DNA of 60,290 nucleotides from Candidatus Amesbacteria bacterium GW2011_GWC1_47_15. Lineage in GTDB: Bacteria > Patescibacteriota > Microgenomatia > CAZETR01 > Amesbacteraceae. This document shows positions 16,528 to 25,827 of the stretch, one piece after another (the stretch's first letter is position 1; each line of letters starts with the position of its first letter). Below the pieces are notes generated by a model. The model was not told where the DNA came from and made no database searches. It was given only the letters and a program-made list of their open reading frames with translations. Location: assembly GCA_001001375.1 (NCBI GenBank), contig LCNU01000015.1:1-60290 (forward strand), given 5' to 3'. A program made the position numbers and the translations under genes.

Positions 16528-16952
16528 CTTACGTTGGCTAGAGAGAATATTGTAGCACAAATAGAAGTTCTAAATTCGTCAGTATGATAGGAAAATATTC
16601 TTATTTTCGAACCCGCCGGCAAAGAGATTTTTTCGGGTTTGTCAATCTCAGCCGCGGGGTGGGGATTATTTTGGGCTAAGGTGTTTACGAGCCACCCTGA
16701 ACCAAACTCAATCGCAGTAACGGGTTTTCCGTCAAAGTGCAAGCCCAGATTTGTGAAAGCGATTTGGTGTGGCGGCAGATATTCGTGCAGGGAGTGGAAA
16801 AAAGTTAATCCTGCAGGCCATTGCAGAGACTCAGTACCGTCGTATGATCTTACGGGATACGCTCGACACCCCTCGCTGATTAACTTTATCTTGTCCGCAT
16901 CAGGCAGAGATGCGCCAAGAATTTCTTGAATCTTTTCCAACCTGGACGGCAT
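16524..16952 (-). CDS. hypothetical protein (weakly SUKH/SMI1-like by eye)
   Basis: 142-aa ORF. The N-terminal IQEILGASLPDADKIKLISEG resembles the LPxxY/F pattern of SUKH immunity proteins. Low certainty. Confidence 0.55.
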   Translation of the reverse strand: MPSRLEKIQEILGASLPDADKIKLISEGCRAYPVRSYDGTESLQWPAGLTFFHSLHEYLPPHQIAFTNLGLHFDGKPVTAIEFGSGWLVNTLAQNNPHPAAEIDKPEKISLPAGSKIRIFSYHTDEFRTSICATIFSLANVR

Positions 16953-17041
16953 AGAAGGATTCTAAGTGAGGAGATTGTGGCTGTCAACCTATAATTACTC
17001 TCTTCCTATGTATTTTTCCGGACTTATATTATAATCCCGTT

Positions 17042-17935
17042 ATGTCTTTGGAGCTTCTGGACCTGGCATTAAAAAATCATGCGACCAAAGAAGCGACGAT
17101 GCTGGCGCTGAAAGCGGCGCAGCATTATAATGGGATTTTACTCGATATAAATCCGGATGGGAAAGAAGGATCGGATTGGGAAACGGTATTAAAATGGAGT
17201 ATCCCGGCACTGATAGGAGCAGCGGCGGTAGGGACGGCCATGGGTACTTTGGAAAAGCTGAAAGCCAGAAGACGGCAGGAGGAAAACAAGATGCACGAGA
17301 GGCATAAGGTGTTGGCGCAAGATGAAAAAATGACCCGGATTCAGGAAACCACAAAAGCAAAAAAAATATCAAACGGGGATTTGGGATATAGATTTATATT
17401 ACAAGCTTTGGATGTAAACGAACAACAGTTGAAGGATAATCCTTCCTGGAGACAGATCATTTTTCTTTTTATGGATTACACGCAAGATTTTGGCCGGAGT
17501 GCAAAACATAGGGAGGTTTTTGAGGCAGCTCTTGCGGACATGAAAAGTCAATTAAGAGAATGTAATTGGCATCATACCAGTCCGGAACCGCATGATGTAG
17601 ATGATGCCCTTAGGGCGCAAATGCCGGACAAAGGAATCAGGGCGCATGGCTTAATAAATAAAGGTGAAGCGTTGGAAAGAATAATAAAGGAAGAAGAGAA
17701 AAAGAAAAAACAAAGAGCGGAAGCAGAGAGGGATGCCCGCAGAGCGGCTCAATCGCTTCAAAGCATCGAAGTAATCGGGAGGGAATATAATCGTACCAAC
17801 CAGTTTTATGAAGACAATGAGAGAAAAAGGGCGGAGGAAGAAGCTCAAAGGCACCAAGGAGATGGGGGAATTGAAATTACACACAGGACTTTAAGACAGC
17901 AGCTGCTGGGGGATAGATTTCGCCGTGGCCGATAA
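17042..17935 (+). CDS. hypothetical protein with one TM helix and a Lys/Glu/Arg-rich coiled-coil tail
   Basis: 297-aa ORF, divergent from 16952. Confidence 0.6.
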   Translation: MSLELLDLALKNHATKEATMLALKAAQHYNGILLDINPDGKEGSDWETVLKWSIPALIGAAAVGTAMGTLEKLKARRRQEENKMHERHKVLAQDEKMTRIQETTKAKKISNGDLGYRFILQALDVNEQQLKDNPSWRQIIFLFMDYTQDFGRSAKHREVFEAALADMKSQLRECNWHHTSPEPHDVDDALRAQMPDKGIRAHGLINKGEALERIIKEEEKKKKQRAEAERDARRAAQSLQSIEVIGREYNRTNQFYEDNERKRAEEEAQRHQGDGGIEITHRTLRQQLLGDRFRRGR

Positions 17936-17981
17936 CACTTATTGACCGGTAATAATGGGTATGCTATAAGATGATACATCA

Positions 17982-18695
17982 ATGGCAAATGAAATTGATA
18001 AAATAATAAGCAGGTTTGCCGGACGCCAGAAAAATAGATTACTGCAGGAAACACAAAACAGATTGACTTCGGGTAATGATCCGGAGTCAAAAATTAGCGC
18101 GGGTGCAAAAGCATTTTCAGAAGCCACTACGAGAATGGAAAGTATTAAAGGAGGCCATGTAAGGGTGTCTGAAGCTTCTGAGAGATTTTTACAAGAAGGT
18201 ACTGCGGGATTGGAGGAAATGGAAGCCCATCCTGGCTTGATAAATAATTTTGCAACAGGGTTTTTGGCATTATTCCAGGCAGTGTTCAGAGAAGAAACTG
18301 AAGAACGGCACGCGGTAGAGGTATACGGTCCCCCGGTGGCCTTGGGAAAACTGGCAAAAGAGCTCGGGTTGGATTATCAAACCGCCCACCGTTATTATTT
18401 ACAGATGATAGACAGGAGGATAATCGAAAAACCACCAAAGAAGAAAGGTGATAAATTCAGCTCTTTAATAATATCAGGTGAGGCGGCGGAATTTTTGGGA
18501 TTACTAGTTGAGCATATCGGACCGCCCAGACCGGGAAAACGGACAAATATGGACAGAACATTCAGTTGGCTTGAGGCTGAAATACAAAAAACGAAAATGA
18601 CAAAAATCGGCAGCTTAACGCCATCTCACAAACATGCAAGAGGTTGGAACGTGGATGCCGGGACTGCAGATATAGATGTAAAATCTAAAGGCTGA
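17982..18695 (+). CDS. hypothetical protein with a probable winged-helix segment
   Basis: 237-aa ORF. LGKLAKELGLDYQTAHRYYLQMIDRRIIEK looks HTH-like. Confidence 0.6.
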   Translation: MANEIDKIISRFAGRQKNRLLQETQNRLTSGNDPESKISAGAKAFSEATTRMESIKGGHVRVSEASERFLQEGTAGLEEMEAHPGLINNFATGFLALFQAVFREETEERHAVEVYGPPVALGKLAKELGLDYQTAHRYYLQMIDRRIIEKPPKKKGDKFSSLIISGEAAEFLGLLVEHIGPPRPGKRTNMDRTFSWLEAEIQKTKMTKIGSLTPSHKHARGWNVDAGTADIDVKSKG

Positions 18696-19230
18696 CTTCT
18701 TCCCACTCCTTCCCGGAGACACGAAACAGCTTGGTGTTTTGAGACAGGACGTGGTCGATGAACAGTACTCCGTTTAAGTGGTCCGTTTCATGCTGAACGA
18801 TGTGAGCTGAGAAACCGCTGAGGACAGCAGTTTTTTTTGACAATAGCCATTTACCATTTTGCATTACAGGAACGTGATATTTTATAGTAACGCTTGAGGA
18901 TCTTTTGATGGGGGCGAAATGGCGGGGAATGGATAGACAGCCTTCATAGATACCGTTTTTTGAGCTGGGATTGAGTGTACGCTGGGAGTAGCGGATGATG
19001 TCGGGGTTGATGAACAGCCGAGGTTCTTTTTTCAAGTCGGGGCGGATAAAGAAGATGCGAAGCGGTACACCGATTTGGGGAGCTGCCAGACCTACACCCT
19101 CGGGGTCCCGGGCAGCCAGAAGGGCTTTTCTCATCTCTTCAATGATCCTCAGGATCTTTTTATCTATCTTTTCCACCGGTTTGGCAACCTGGCGCAAAAC
19201 GGGATGGGGGACGGTAACAATCGGGGCCAT
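18685..19230 (-). CDS. def: peptide deformylase
   Basis: All three Def motifs are present: GVGLAAPQIG, EGCLSIP and HETDHLNG. Confidence 0.92.
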   Translation of the reverse strand: MAPIVTVPHPVLRQVAKPVEKIDKKILRIIEEMRKALLAARDPEGVGLAAPQIGVPLRIFFIRPDLKKEPRLFINPDIIRYSQRTLNPSSKNGIYEGCLSIPRHFAPIKRSSSVTIKYHVPVMQNGKWLLSKKTAVLSGFSAHIVQHETDHLNGVLFIDHVLSQNTKLFRVSGKEWEEVSL

Positions 19231-19249
19231 ATCCTAAATTTTACCAGAA

Positions 19250-19642
19250 TCAAGGATCGACGCAGATTTCTATCTGTTTGCCTTGTTGGCTTTCCTCCAT
19301 GGCTTTTTCCAGAAGCCCTTTGCTAAATACAGTTTGGATTTTTCGGTGGGGGAGGGCAGCTTCGGGGCGGTGGATTTGGTAGGGCGGCAATTCGATGACG
19401 GCAGGATCATTAGCAGCCAGCAGCAGCTCGTTCACAGTGGTGTATTTCATGGCGGGGAGGCAGGACCAGGAGTATGCGACTATGGCCGCATCGAGGGAAA
19501 GCGGCGTGGGTCCGGTGCCGGTGTCTAATGCCTGCTGTTGGGTATCTCTATCCCCGCCGCAATTGACAAGTGCAATGGCCAAAATAGCTGCCAGCCCGAG
19601 GGGAAGGAATATGTCGACCCAGTGAACATATCTTTGTTCCAT
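19250..19642 (-). CDS. putative lipoprotein
   Basis: 130-aa ORF with a signal-like helix ending in the lipobox-like ALVNC. Confidence 0.5.
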   Translation of the reverse strand: MEQRYVHWVDIFLPLGLAAILAIALVNCGGDRDTQQQALDTGTGPTPLSLDAAIVAYSWSCLPAMKYTTVNELLLAANDPAVIELPPYQIHRPEAALPHRKIQTVFSKGLLEKAMEESQQGKQIEICVDP

Positions 19643-19751
19643 AGTTTTTTTATAGGAATTGATTTGACTTTACCTTTTTTAGCTTCCTGGAAACAATAGT
19701 CTATAGATTTGATGAAAAGATCGGGTAAGGATACGGGTCCTGTAGTATAAT

Positions 19752-20378
19752 TTGCGAATGAAAGATTGGAAGGTTCGGTCAAACAAAGTGATATATGAAG
19801 ATGAAATTCAGTCCCGAAGTGCTAATCCATACGGCCGTCCGGAAAAAGGATTGGGACCCGGAGTATTAGTAATTGCGCTGCCTATAATTGGTATATTGGG
19901 GTGGCTGGGAATACGCAGCCTGGGCGGGAATGCGGAAGCCAGAAGCGTAAACAATTCCGAAAGTCCCGCAATTGGTTGGTGTAGTGTAGATGTGCTGGAC
20001 GATTACTTCGGGATGGCGGCAGGGCAGGCGTCTTGCGTGTGCTTGAAGGAGAGCAGCGGCAGACCCAAAGCCATTGGCACTTATAGTCCTAATGAGTATA
20101 GCATCGGTTTATTCCAGAAAAATCTGAAGGACGGAATAACAGAAGAAAACTTCATTAATAATTCCGGTACCGAGGCCGCACGCGTGCTGAAAAATATCCT
20201 TGAGAGACACAACGTCGATAATTGCTCAACCGGCCTGCGGGGAAACCGGGCGTTGTTGCAGGAATGTGTAAATTTTTACAGCACGCCGGAATTCAACCTG
20301 ATCTGGGCTGCATGGTTTCACGAGCAATCTGGTTGGAATCCGTGGAAATGGGCAATGGCCAAGTGCGATATAAAATAA
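19752..20378 (+). CDS. secreted/membrane-anchored protein with lytic-transglycosylase (SLT)-like motif
   Basis: 208-aa ORF with an N-terminal TM helix. CLKESSGRPKAIG...YSIGLFQ resembles the ES...GLMQ core of SLT domains. Confidence 0.55.
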   Translation: MRMKDWKVRSNKVIYEDEIQSRSANPYGRPEKGLGPGVLVIALPIIGILGWLGIRSLGGNAEARSVNNSESPAIGWCSVDVLDDYFGMAAGQASCVCLKESSGRPKAIGTYSPNEYSIGLFQKNLKDGITEENFINNSGTEAARVLKNILERHNVDNCSTGLRGNRALLQECVNFYSTPEFNLIWAAWFHEQSGWNPWKWAMAKCDIK

Positions 20379-20379
20379 A

Positions 20380-22371
20380 TTATGGAGACTCGGGCGTTGC
20401 CGACAGGGTGGCGATTTCGGACATAGAGGCCAGGGCATCTGCAAAATCCGGCTTGAGTGCCAGAGCTTTTTCCAGATACCTCCGGGCTGTCGGATAATCT
20501 TCCTTATACCGGGCTACCAATGCCTGCATCTGGGGGATGCGGGGGTCTGTAGGGGAGACACGGGCGGCCTGTTCCAAAGTCGCTTCTACTTGCGGATAGT
20601 AGGAAGTATCATATACGGCAAGCAGTAGGAGGCTGCGGCCGCGGGATTTGAGATAGTTTGGGTGATACGGGCTGGCGGCTACCGCTTGTCGAGAAAGGGA
20701 TTGGGATAGGTCAGCCAGCTGCCTGGCGGTTTCCGGTTTTGAATCATAGGAAAGTAAAGACATATACGCGGCAGCGGTAGAAAATTCCGAGGCTATAGGC
20801 GGATCTTTATGGTTCAGGCTATACGCGGAGGCTAAATCATCATACGCTTTAACTATATAGGCAAGATCCTGGGTGAGAATGAAAGCCCGGAAATTATTCT
20901 GGCCGGAGGCGTATTTAATATCCGCTGTCCAATAACGGAGGATGGAATATGACAGGTAGAGAGCGGGAAGAAAGAGAAGCATGATGGAGAAGAGGCGGGA
21001 GTTTGAAGTAGTGGCGGGCAGTGCGGAGTGGGTAGCGGGATTGGTAGTGAGAGTGAGGGCGAGGGCCGGGAAGAGGAAAAGGAAGATTTGGGTAATGACT
21101 ACCGAGAAGCCCCAGTAGTTGGTGACAGAGAGGGAGAGCCACCCCGCGCACAGCGCGGGAATGACCAATTTCCAATGACCAATTTCCAATGTATTATCCA
21201 ATTTCACAATTTTTAATTGCTTAATGAAAACCCAGGCCATTGCAAGAAGCAGGAGAATGTACGAGCCGAGGCCGATTAATCCCGTAGTGGCCAGGAAATT
21301 CAGGAATTCATTGTGGGCTTTATTGTATAAAAGTTCCCATTCCGAGGTGTAATTGTGTTCAACCGGACGGTGGTTGTAATAAGCCATGGCAAAAGTCTCG
21401 GGGCCGGCGCCGAGCCAGAAATTTTTATCGGAAGCGCGCCAAATATCAATTGCGCCTTTCCAGACAATTTGCCGGATAGCTCCGGATTCGGTGCCGCCGG
21501 ATTCCAGAGCGGGTTGGACCGGGGCAGAAGCTGAAGGCAGGGCCGGTTGGCGACTGAAGACGATATCCTGGACGGGATTACGGATAGAAATAGCAATAAT
21601 TATGAACACAAGATTTAAAGATAACAGGAATTTAAGATGGGTTTGGAAATGGCGAAGGAGTATATAACCCCAGAAAACGGCGGAGGAGACGCCGAAGGCA
21701 AGGAGGCCGGAGCGGGATTTGGTAAATAAAAGAGTGATAAAGAGCAGAAGAGTGAAAGAGAATAAAAGAATTGATTTTGCACTTTGTATTTTGGACCCGG
21801 AACTTAATATCATGCTGATGGGAATAAAAATCAAAGCTACCAGATAGGCCGCGAGCCAATTTGGCTGTCCGAGAGTGGAAAAAACGCGGTGGGCAACATC
21901 CTGCACCCACATCGGGTCATCGATGCCGAAGTGCTCAAGAAAACCCCACCCGGCGACTACGCCGGCCAGCCCCACTGACCAACTCAGAAGATTCAATGAA
22001 GATTTCCTGTCCAGATTGGAAACAGCTGCCCAGTAAAGGAGAGCATAAGACAAAAGGGAGGCAAGACCGCCGTTGAAGCGGGAGTAATAACCCAATAGAG
22101 AAGTGCGCGGGTCGATGGAAAAAAAGTAACTAAGTGATTGAGAGATTAAGAAAATTAAGACGGGTAGATCGAGGGCGGTGCGACGGAAAATAAGGCGGTT
22201 TTCCAGGATCATGCGGGAAATCCAGAATGCAGCGATCAGGACGGCTAATAGATAGACAACGATCATTTTGTTAAATTCAAACAGTTCGGAGGTGAAGGGG
22301 AGGAAGATCAGGGGGACGAGGATTAAGAGGAGGATGAAGGAGATCTCAATTGCCTTTTTGGGCCAAGACAT
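20380..22371 (-). CDS. O-antigen ligase/Wzy-like polytopic membrane protein with C-terminal TPR repeats
   Basis: 663-aa ORF with more than 10 TM helices. It has the Wzy_C signature KAHNEFLNFLATTGLIGLG and a TPR-like C-terminus. Confidence 0.85.
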   Translation of the reverse strand: MSWPKKAIEISFILLLILVPLIFLPFTSELFEFNKMIVVYLLAVLIAAFWISRMILENRLIFRRTALDLPVLIFLISQSLSYFFSIDPRTSLLGYYSRFNGGLASLLSYALLYWAAVSNLDRKSSLNLLSWSVGLAGVVAGWGFLEHFGIDDPMWVQDVAHRVFSTLGQPNWLAAYLVALIFIPISMILSSGSKIQSAKSILLFSFTLLLFITLLFTKSRSGLLAFGVSSAVFWGYILLRHFQTHLKFLLSLNLVFIIIAISIRNPVQDIVFSRQPALPSASAPVQPALESGGTESGAIRQIVWKGAIDIWRASDKNFWLGAGPETFAMAYYNHRPVEHNYTSEWELLYNKAHNEFLNFLATTGLIGLGSYILLLLAMAWVFIKQLKIVKLDNTLEIGHWKLVIPALCAGWLSLSVTNYWGFSVVITQIFLFLFPALALTLTTNPATHSALPATTSNSRLFSIMLLFLPALYLSYSILRYWTADIKYASGQNNFRAFILTQDLAYIVKAYDDLASAYSLNHKDPPIASEFSTAAAYMSLLSYDSKPETARQLADLSQSLSRQAVAASPYHPNYLKSRGRSLLLLAVYDTSYYPQVEATLEQAARVSPTDPRIPQMQALVARYKEDYPTARRYLEKALALKPDFADALASMSEIATLSATPESP
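21161..21188. repeat. tandem 14-mer ATGACCAATTTCCA x2 (two CCAAT heptads each) inside the Wzy-like ORF
   Basis: Exact duplication at 21161-21174 and 21175-21188. CAAT-periodic sequence continues to about 21220. Confidence 0.9.
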
Positions 22372-22464
22372 ACTTTACCAGTTTATACCAGGTTTGGTTT
22401 CTTTGCTTCCTGAACCGTTTTTCTGTTATTGGAAAGAGGGGAAACGGGAGTAATATTGGAATAT

Positions 22465-23364
22465 ATGGCGCAGAAAGTCAGAAAAGCAGTGTTGCCCGCT
22501 GCGGGATATGGGACCCGGTTTTTACCCCAGACCAAAGCTATGCCGAAGCAGATGCTTCCGATCGTGGACAAGCCAATCATTCAATATGTGGTGGAAGATC
22601 TGGTGAAGTCCGGGATTACGGATATTATCATTGTGACGAACTACCACGAACGGGCGATTGAAGACCATTTTGACCGTCCGCATCAGGACCTGGTGGAAAA
22701 TATTTTGCTGGGCGGAGAGAAAAAACGCCCGCTTCTGGAAGTTTTGACGGAGATATCCGATATGGCAAATTTTGCCTATGTGCGGCAGAAGGGCCCCTAT
22801 GGCAACGGGACGCCGCTATTGAATGTGGAACACCTGGTGGGTGATGAACCTTTCCTCTACTGCTGGAGCGATGAATTCATCGAAACGAACGGAGGGAAAT
22901 CCACCCCCCAGCAAGTGATGGAGGTTTATGAAGAATTCGGATGCTCGGTCCTGGGGGCAATTAAAGCAACCAAAGATGAGGATTATAAGCGTTTTGGGTT
23001 TGCGGCCGGCGCAGAAATCCGGCCGGGGCTGATCGACACTAATGAATTAATAGAAAAACCGGGAAAAGACAAAGCACCGTCCGACCTGGCGAATGTTTCT
23101 ACCTTTTTATTCACACCGCAGATTTTCGAACGGATCAGAACGGCTCGGGAGAACCTGAAAGAGGGAGAAGAATTGTGGTACAACGATGCTCTTAAACTAA
23201 TGCTCCAAGACGGAGAGCGGATTTTGACAAAGGAAATTGAGGGGGGAATTTACCGCGACGCCGGCACGAAGCTGGAATATATTAAAACTATGGTAGATAT
23301 GGCCAGACGACACCCGGAGATAGGGAAAGAGTTTGGGGAGTGGCTGAAAAAAGCTTCCATTTGA
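22465..23364 (+). CDS. galU: UTP--glucose-1-phosphate uridylyltransferase
   Basis: KAVLPAAGYGTRFLPQTKAMPKQMLPIVDKPIIQY is the GalU signature. The start is set at MAQKVRK within track ORF 22429..23364. Confidence 0.9.
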   Translation: MAQKVRKAVLPAAGYGTRFLPQTKAMPKQMLPIVDKPIIQYVVEDLVKSGITDIIIVTNYHERAIEDHFDRPHQDLVENILLGGEKKRPLLEVLTEISDMANFAYVRQKGPYGNGTPLLNVEHLVGDEPFLYCWSDEFIETNGGKSTPQQVMEVYEEFGCSVLGAIKATKDEDYKRFGFAAGAEIRPGLIDTNELIEKPGKDKAPSDLANVSTFLFTPQIFERIRTARENLKEGEELWYNDALKLMLQDGERILTKEIEGGIYRDAGTKLEYIKTMVDMARRHPEIGKEFGEWLKKASI

Positions 23365-23397
23365 CGAAATGAATTACAGGCGTGATAATTTCCAAAG

Positions 23398-23826
23398 ATG
23401 AAGAGGATCGAGAGAGTGATATTGGACAATTGCGTGCTGATCGAAGCCGCGCAGGGGAATCCGACTGCCGGACAGATAATCGAACAAGTTTTGAAAAAGA
23501 AAATCCGAATGGTGATGACACCGCGAATGATGGGTGAGTTTGATGCCGCGCTTAATAAACCTAAGGTTAAAGAAAAGTTGACAGAAAATGGTTTAGAGGC
23601 GGTAGTTTGTGCTCTATACACCGCACTAATAATCGACGGCAGCAATTACAGGGAAAGGATGAAATTCGGCGGAGTAATAGACGACGAAGGTGATTTGAAG
23701 TTCGCGGCCGCAGCCCAAAGATTCGGCTTACCTCTGGTCACAAACGACAGTGACTTACTGAATCCCGCACGGGAGTTAAAACGCCGGGGAGTGCATGTGA
23801 TTTCGATGTGGGAGTTTGCTAAGTGA
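23398..23826 (+). CDS. PIN-domain protein (VapC-like nuclease fold)
   Basis: 142-aa ORF with an N-terminal VILDNCVLIEA and a C-terminal LVTNDSDL. No adjacent antitoxin-sized ORF. Confidence 0.75.
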   Translation: MKRIERVILDNCVLIEAAQGNPTAGQIIEQVLKKKIRMVMTPRMMGEFDAALNKPKVKEKLTENGLEAVVCALYTALIIDGSNYRERMKFGGVIDDEGDLKFAAAAQRFGLPLVTNDSDLLNPARELKRRGVHVISMWEFAK

Positions 23827-23872
23827 CGGAGCTGTCCGGAGTATTGTCTGGCGGGGGCAAGGATTGCTTTTT

Positions 23873-24157
23873 TTAATTAGACTTGCGGCGCTCAGTAAAG
23901 AGGCTGGCGGCATAGAGGAGGCAGGCGCTAATGGCGAGAACCACGGAACCTGTATCTGCCAATGCATATGTTAAATCCGCATAATCTATTCCGGGTTTTA
24001 GAAAATCCAAGATACGGGGTAAAGCATAAACGCCAGTTGCCAGGCAACCTAGGACCTTCGCATCAGCTTTATAAAAACGACCACTGTTTTCCCGTGTTTC
24101 CTGGGTATTTGTACGCATATTATTGATAATTATATATCTTACTATAGGTCTTGTCAA
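23873..24157 (-). CDS. hypothetical small membrane protein
   Basis: 94-aa ORF with two hydrophobic segments. Confidence 0.4.
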   Translation of the reverse strand: MTRPIVRYIIINNMRTNTQETRENSGRFYKADAKVLGCLATGVYALPRILDFLKPGIDYADLTYALADTGSVVLAISACLLYAASLFTERRKSN

Positions 24158-24471
24158 GAAATGACCTTACGCGTAGGAGAAGAGAGGATTTTCAGGATTT
24201 GAATAATCGGTATGTTACAAATATTTTCAAGAGGGCAAGCAGTCAGGTTATGTATACATTCTTGTGCAATTTGTATTGCATGACCCCTTGCTTGTTCAGC
24301 CTGAAGACGACTTAAAAAGGAAGTCCCTGCAGACAGTATCTGAGCAGAATGCATTGCTTCATCCGCACAAAAAGGATTACCACATGGTTTAGCCCGTTTT
24401 GGGCAATTATTAACGTTGGGAAGCCAATTTCCTGTTTCACGGTTGGCTAATTCAAGTACATCTATATCCAT
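24154..24471 (-). CDS. hypothetical Cys-rich small protein
   Basis: 105-aa ORF whose stop overlaps the start of the downstream ORF. Confidence 0.45.
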   Translation of the reverse strand: MDIDVLELANRETGNWLPNVNNCPKRAKPCGNPFCADEAMHSAQILSAGTSFLSRLQAEQARGHAIQIAQECIHNLTACPLENICNIPIIQILKILSSPTRKVIS

Positions 24472-24521
24472 ATTATAGGACTATTATATCACGTCTTTTC
24501 CTGCTATGGTATAGTAGCTTC

Positions 24522-24827
24522 ATGGTCGAAGCTGAACGAAGCGGGTTGAAAGCTGCCGCGGATGCATGGAGAAGGTATAAGTCAGTAGTAGGATTAAATA
24601 CTGTACTGGAAGAAAATCTCAGAAAACTGGCTGCAGAATTGAGATTTGACGGTTTTTCTGATGAAGAGATCCGTGAATCCCTGGAAAGCGAAAAATTAAT
24701 ATGGCGAAAAAAACTAGATGCATTTAACGAGGATATCGGAATGTTTAAAAATGTGATAAAGATTAGTGAACCGGAAGTTTCTCCAAATGGTTTGAAACCG
24801 GGAAAGAAGAAAAAAACGAAAAAGTAA
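24522..24827 (+). CDS. hypothetical charged/coiled small protein
   Basis: 101-aa ORF with a Lys-rich tail. Confidence 0.45.
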   Translation: MVEAERSGLKAAADAWRRYKSVVGLNTVLEENLRKLAAELRFDGFSDEEIRESLESEKLIWRKKLDAFNEDIGMFKNVIKISEPEVSPNGLKPGKKKKTKK

Positions 24828-24900
24828 TTATTGAAAGGGTAATGCAGAAGCCTTATAGTGCGGCAGAAGGGTACTGACAATAGGTGAGGAAGCCAAAAAA

Positions 24901-25827
24901 ATGCTGGGGCGGACGCCGGCCACTATCGAGGCACTGCGGCCTTTAAAAGACGGGGTGATAGCGGATTTCGATGCCACTGAAGATATGCTCAAGCATTATA
25001 TTCAGAGGGTACATGAATCCGGACGGCTGATCCCCCGTATACCAAAACCGCGGGTAGTAGTGGGTATTCCCTCGGGGGTGACGGAGGTAGAGCGGCGGGC
25101 GGTCCAGGAAGCGGCTTTGAGCGCCGGTGCCAGGCAGTGTTTTCTGATAGAAGAACCTATGGCGGCGGCAATCGGAGCCGGACTGCCTATAGGCGATGCA
25201 GGTGGGGTAATGGTAGTGGATATCGGGGGGGGAACGAGTGAAATTGCTGTGATCTCTCTGGGAGGCATTGTGGCTAATAAATCCATCCGAGTGGCCGGTG
25301 ACGAGTTGGATGAAGCCATTATCCATTTCATCCGCCTCAAGTACAACGTGCTTCTGGGAGAAAGGACGGCAGAAGATATAAAGATTACGTTGGGAAATGC
25401 CCATCCAAACGCTTTCGGAGAGGTGCAAAGCGGCGGCGGAGACGCCGAACAGGTCAAAAAATCACAAGTGAGGTATATGGTAGTCAGGGGCAGGGACCTG
25501 GAGAGCGGATTGCCAAGGTCACTGAAAATATCGTCAGATGAAGTCAGGGAGGCAATGATGCCGGTCCTGACTCAGATCACATCTGCGGCGGCTGACCTGA
25601 TCGAAGAGACCCCGCCGGAGTTGGTGGCGGATGTACTGGAGAGGGGAATAGTAATGGCTGGCGGGGGCAGTCTGATCGCGGGCATGGACAAACTGATGAG
25701 TGAGGAGACACAGATGCCGGTGTTTGTGACAGATGATCCGATGACCGCGGTCGTCCGCGGGTGCGCCAAAGTGCTGGAGGACAATGAACTACTGAAGAGG
25801 GTGAAGGTGGTGGGAGGGTTGAGGTGA
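24901..25827 (+). CDS. mreB: rod-shape protein MreB, missing about the first 45 residues
   Basis: 308-aa ORF starting at MLGRTPATIEALRPLKDGVIADF. The in-frame upstream codons 24859-24900 still read (VLTIGEEAKK) and then hit TAG at 24856-24858. The phosphate-1 motif DLGTANT is absent. Confidence 0.85.
   Translation: MLGRTPATIEALRPLKDGVIADFDATEDMLKHYIQRVHESGRLIPRIPKPRVVVGIPSGVTEVERRAVQEAALSAGARQCFLIEEPMAAAIGAGLPIGDAGGVMVVDIGGGTSEIAVISLGGIVANKSIRVAGDELDEAIIHFIRLKYNVLLGERTAEDIKITLGNAHPNAFGEVQSGGGDAEQVKKSQVRYMVVRGRDLESGLPRSLKISSDEVREAMMPVLTQITSAAADLIEETPPELVADVLERGIVMAGGGSLIAGMDKLMSEETQMPVFVTDDPMTAVVRGCAKVLEDNELLKRVKVVGGLR

Noticed and set aside
23855-23873. Weak hairpin GCAA-GGA-TTGC plus T7 after the PIN gene, as a terminator.
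   Set aside because: The stem is only 4 bp, which is too weak to call.
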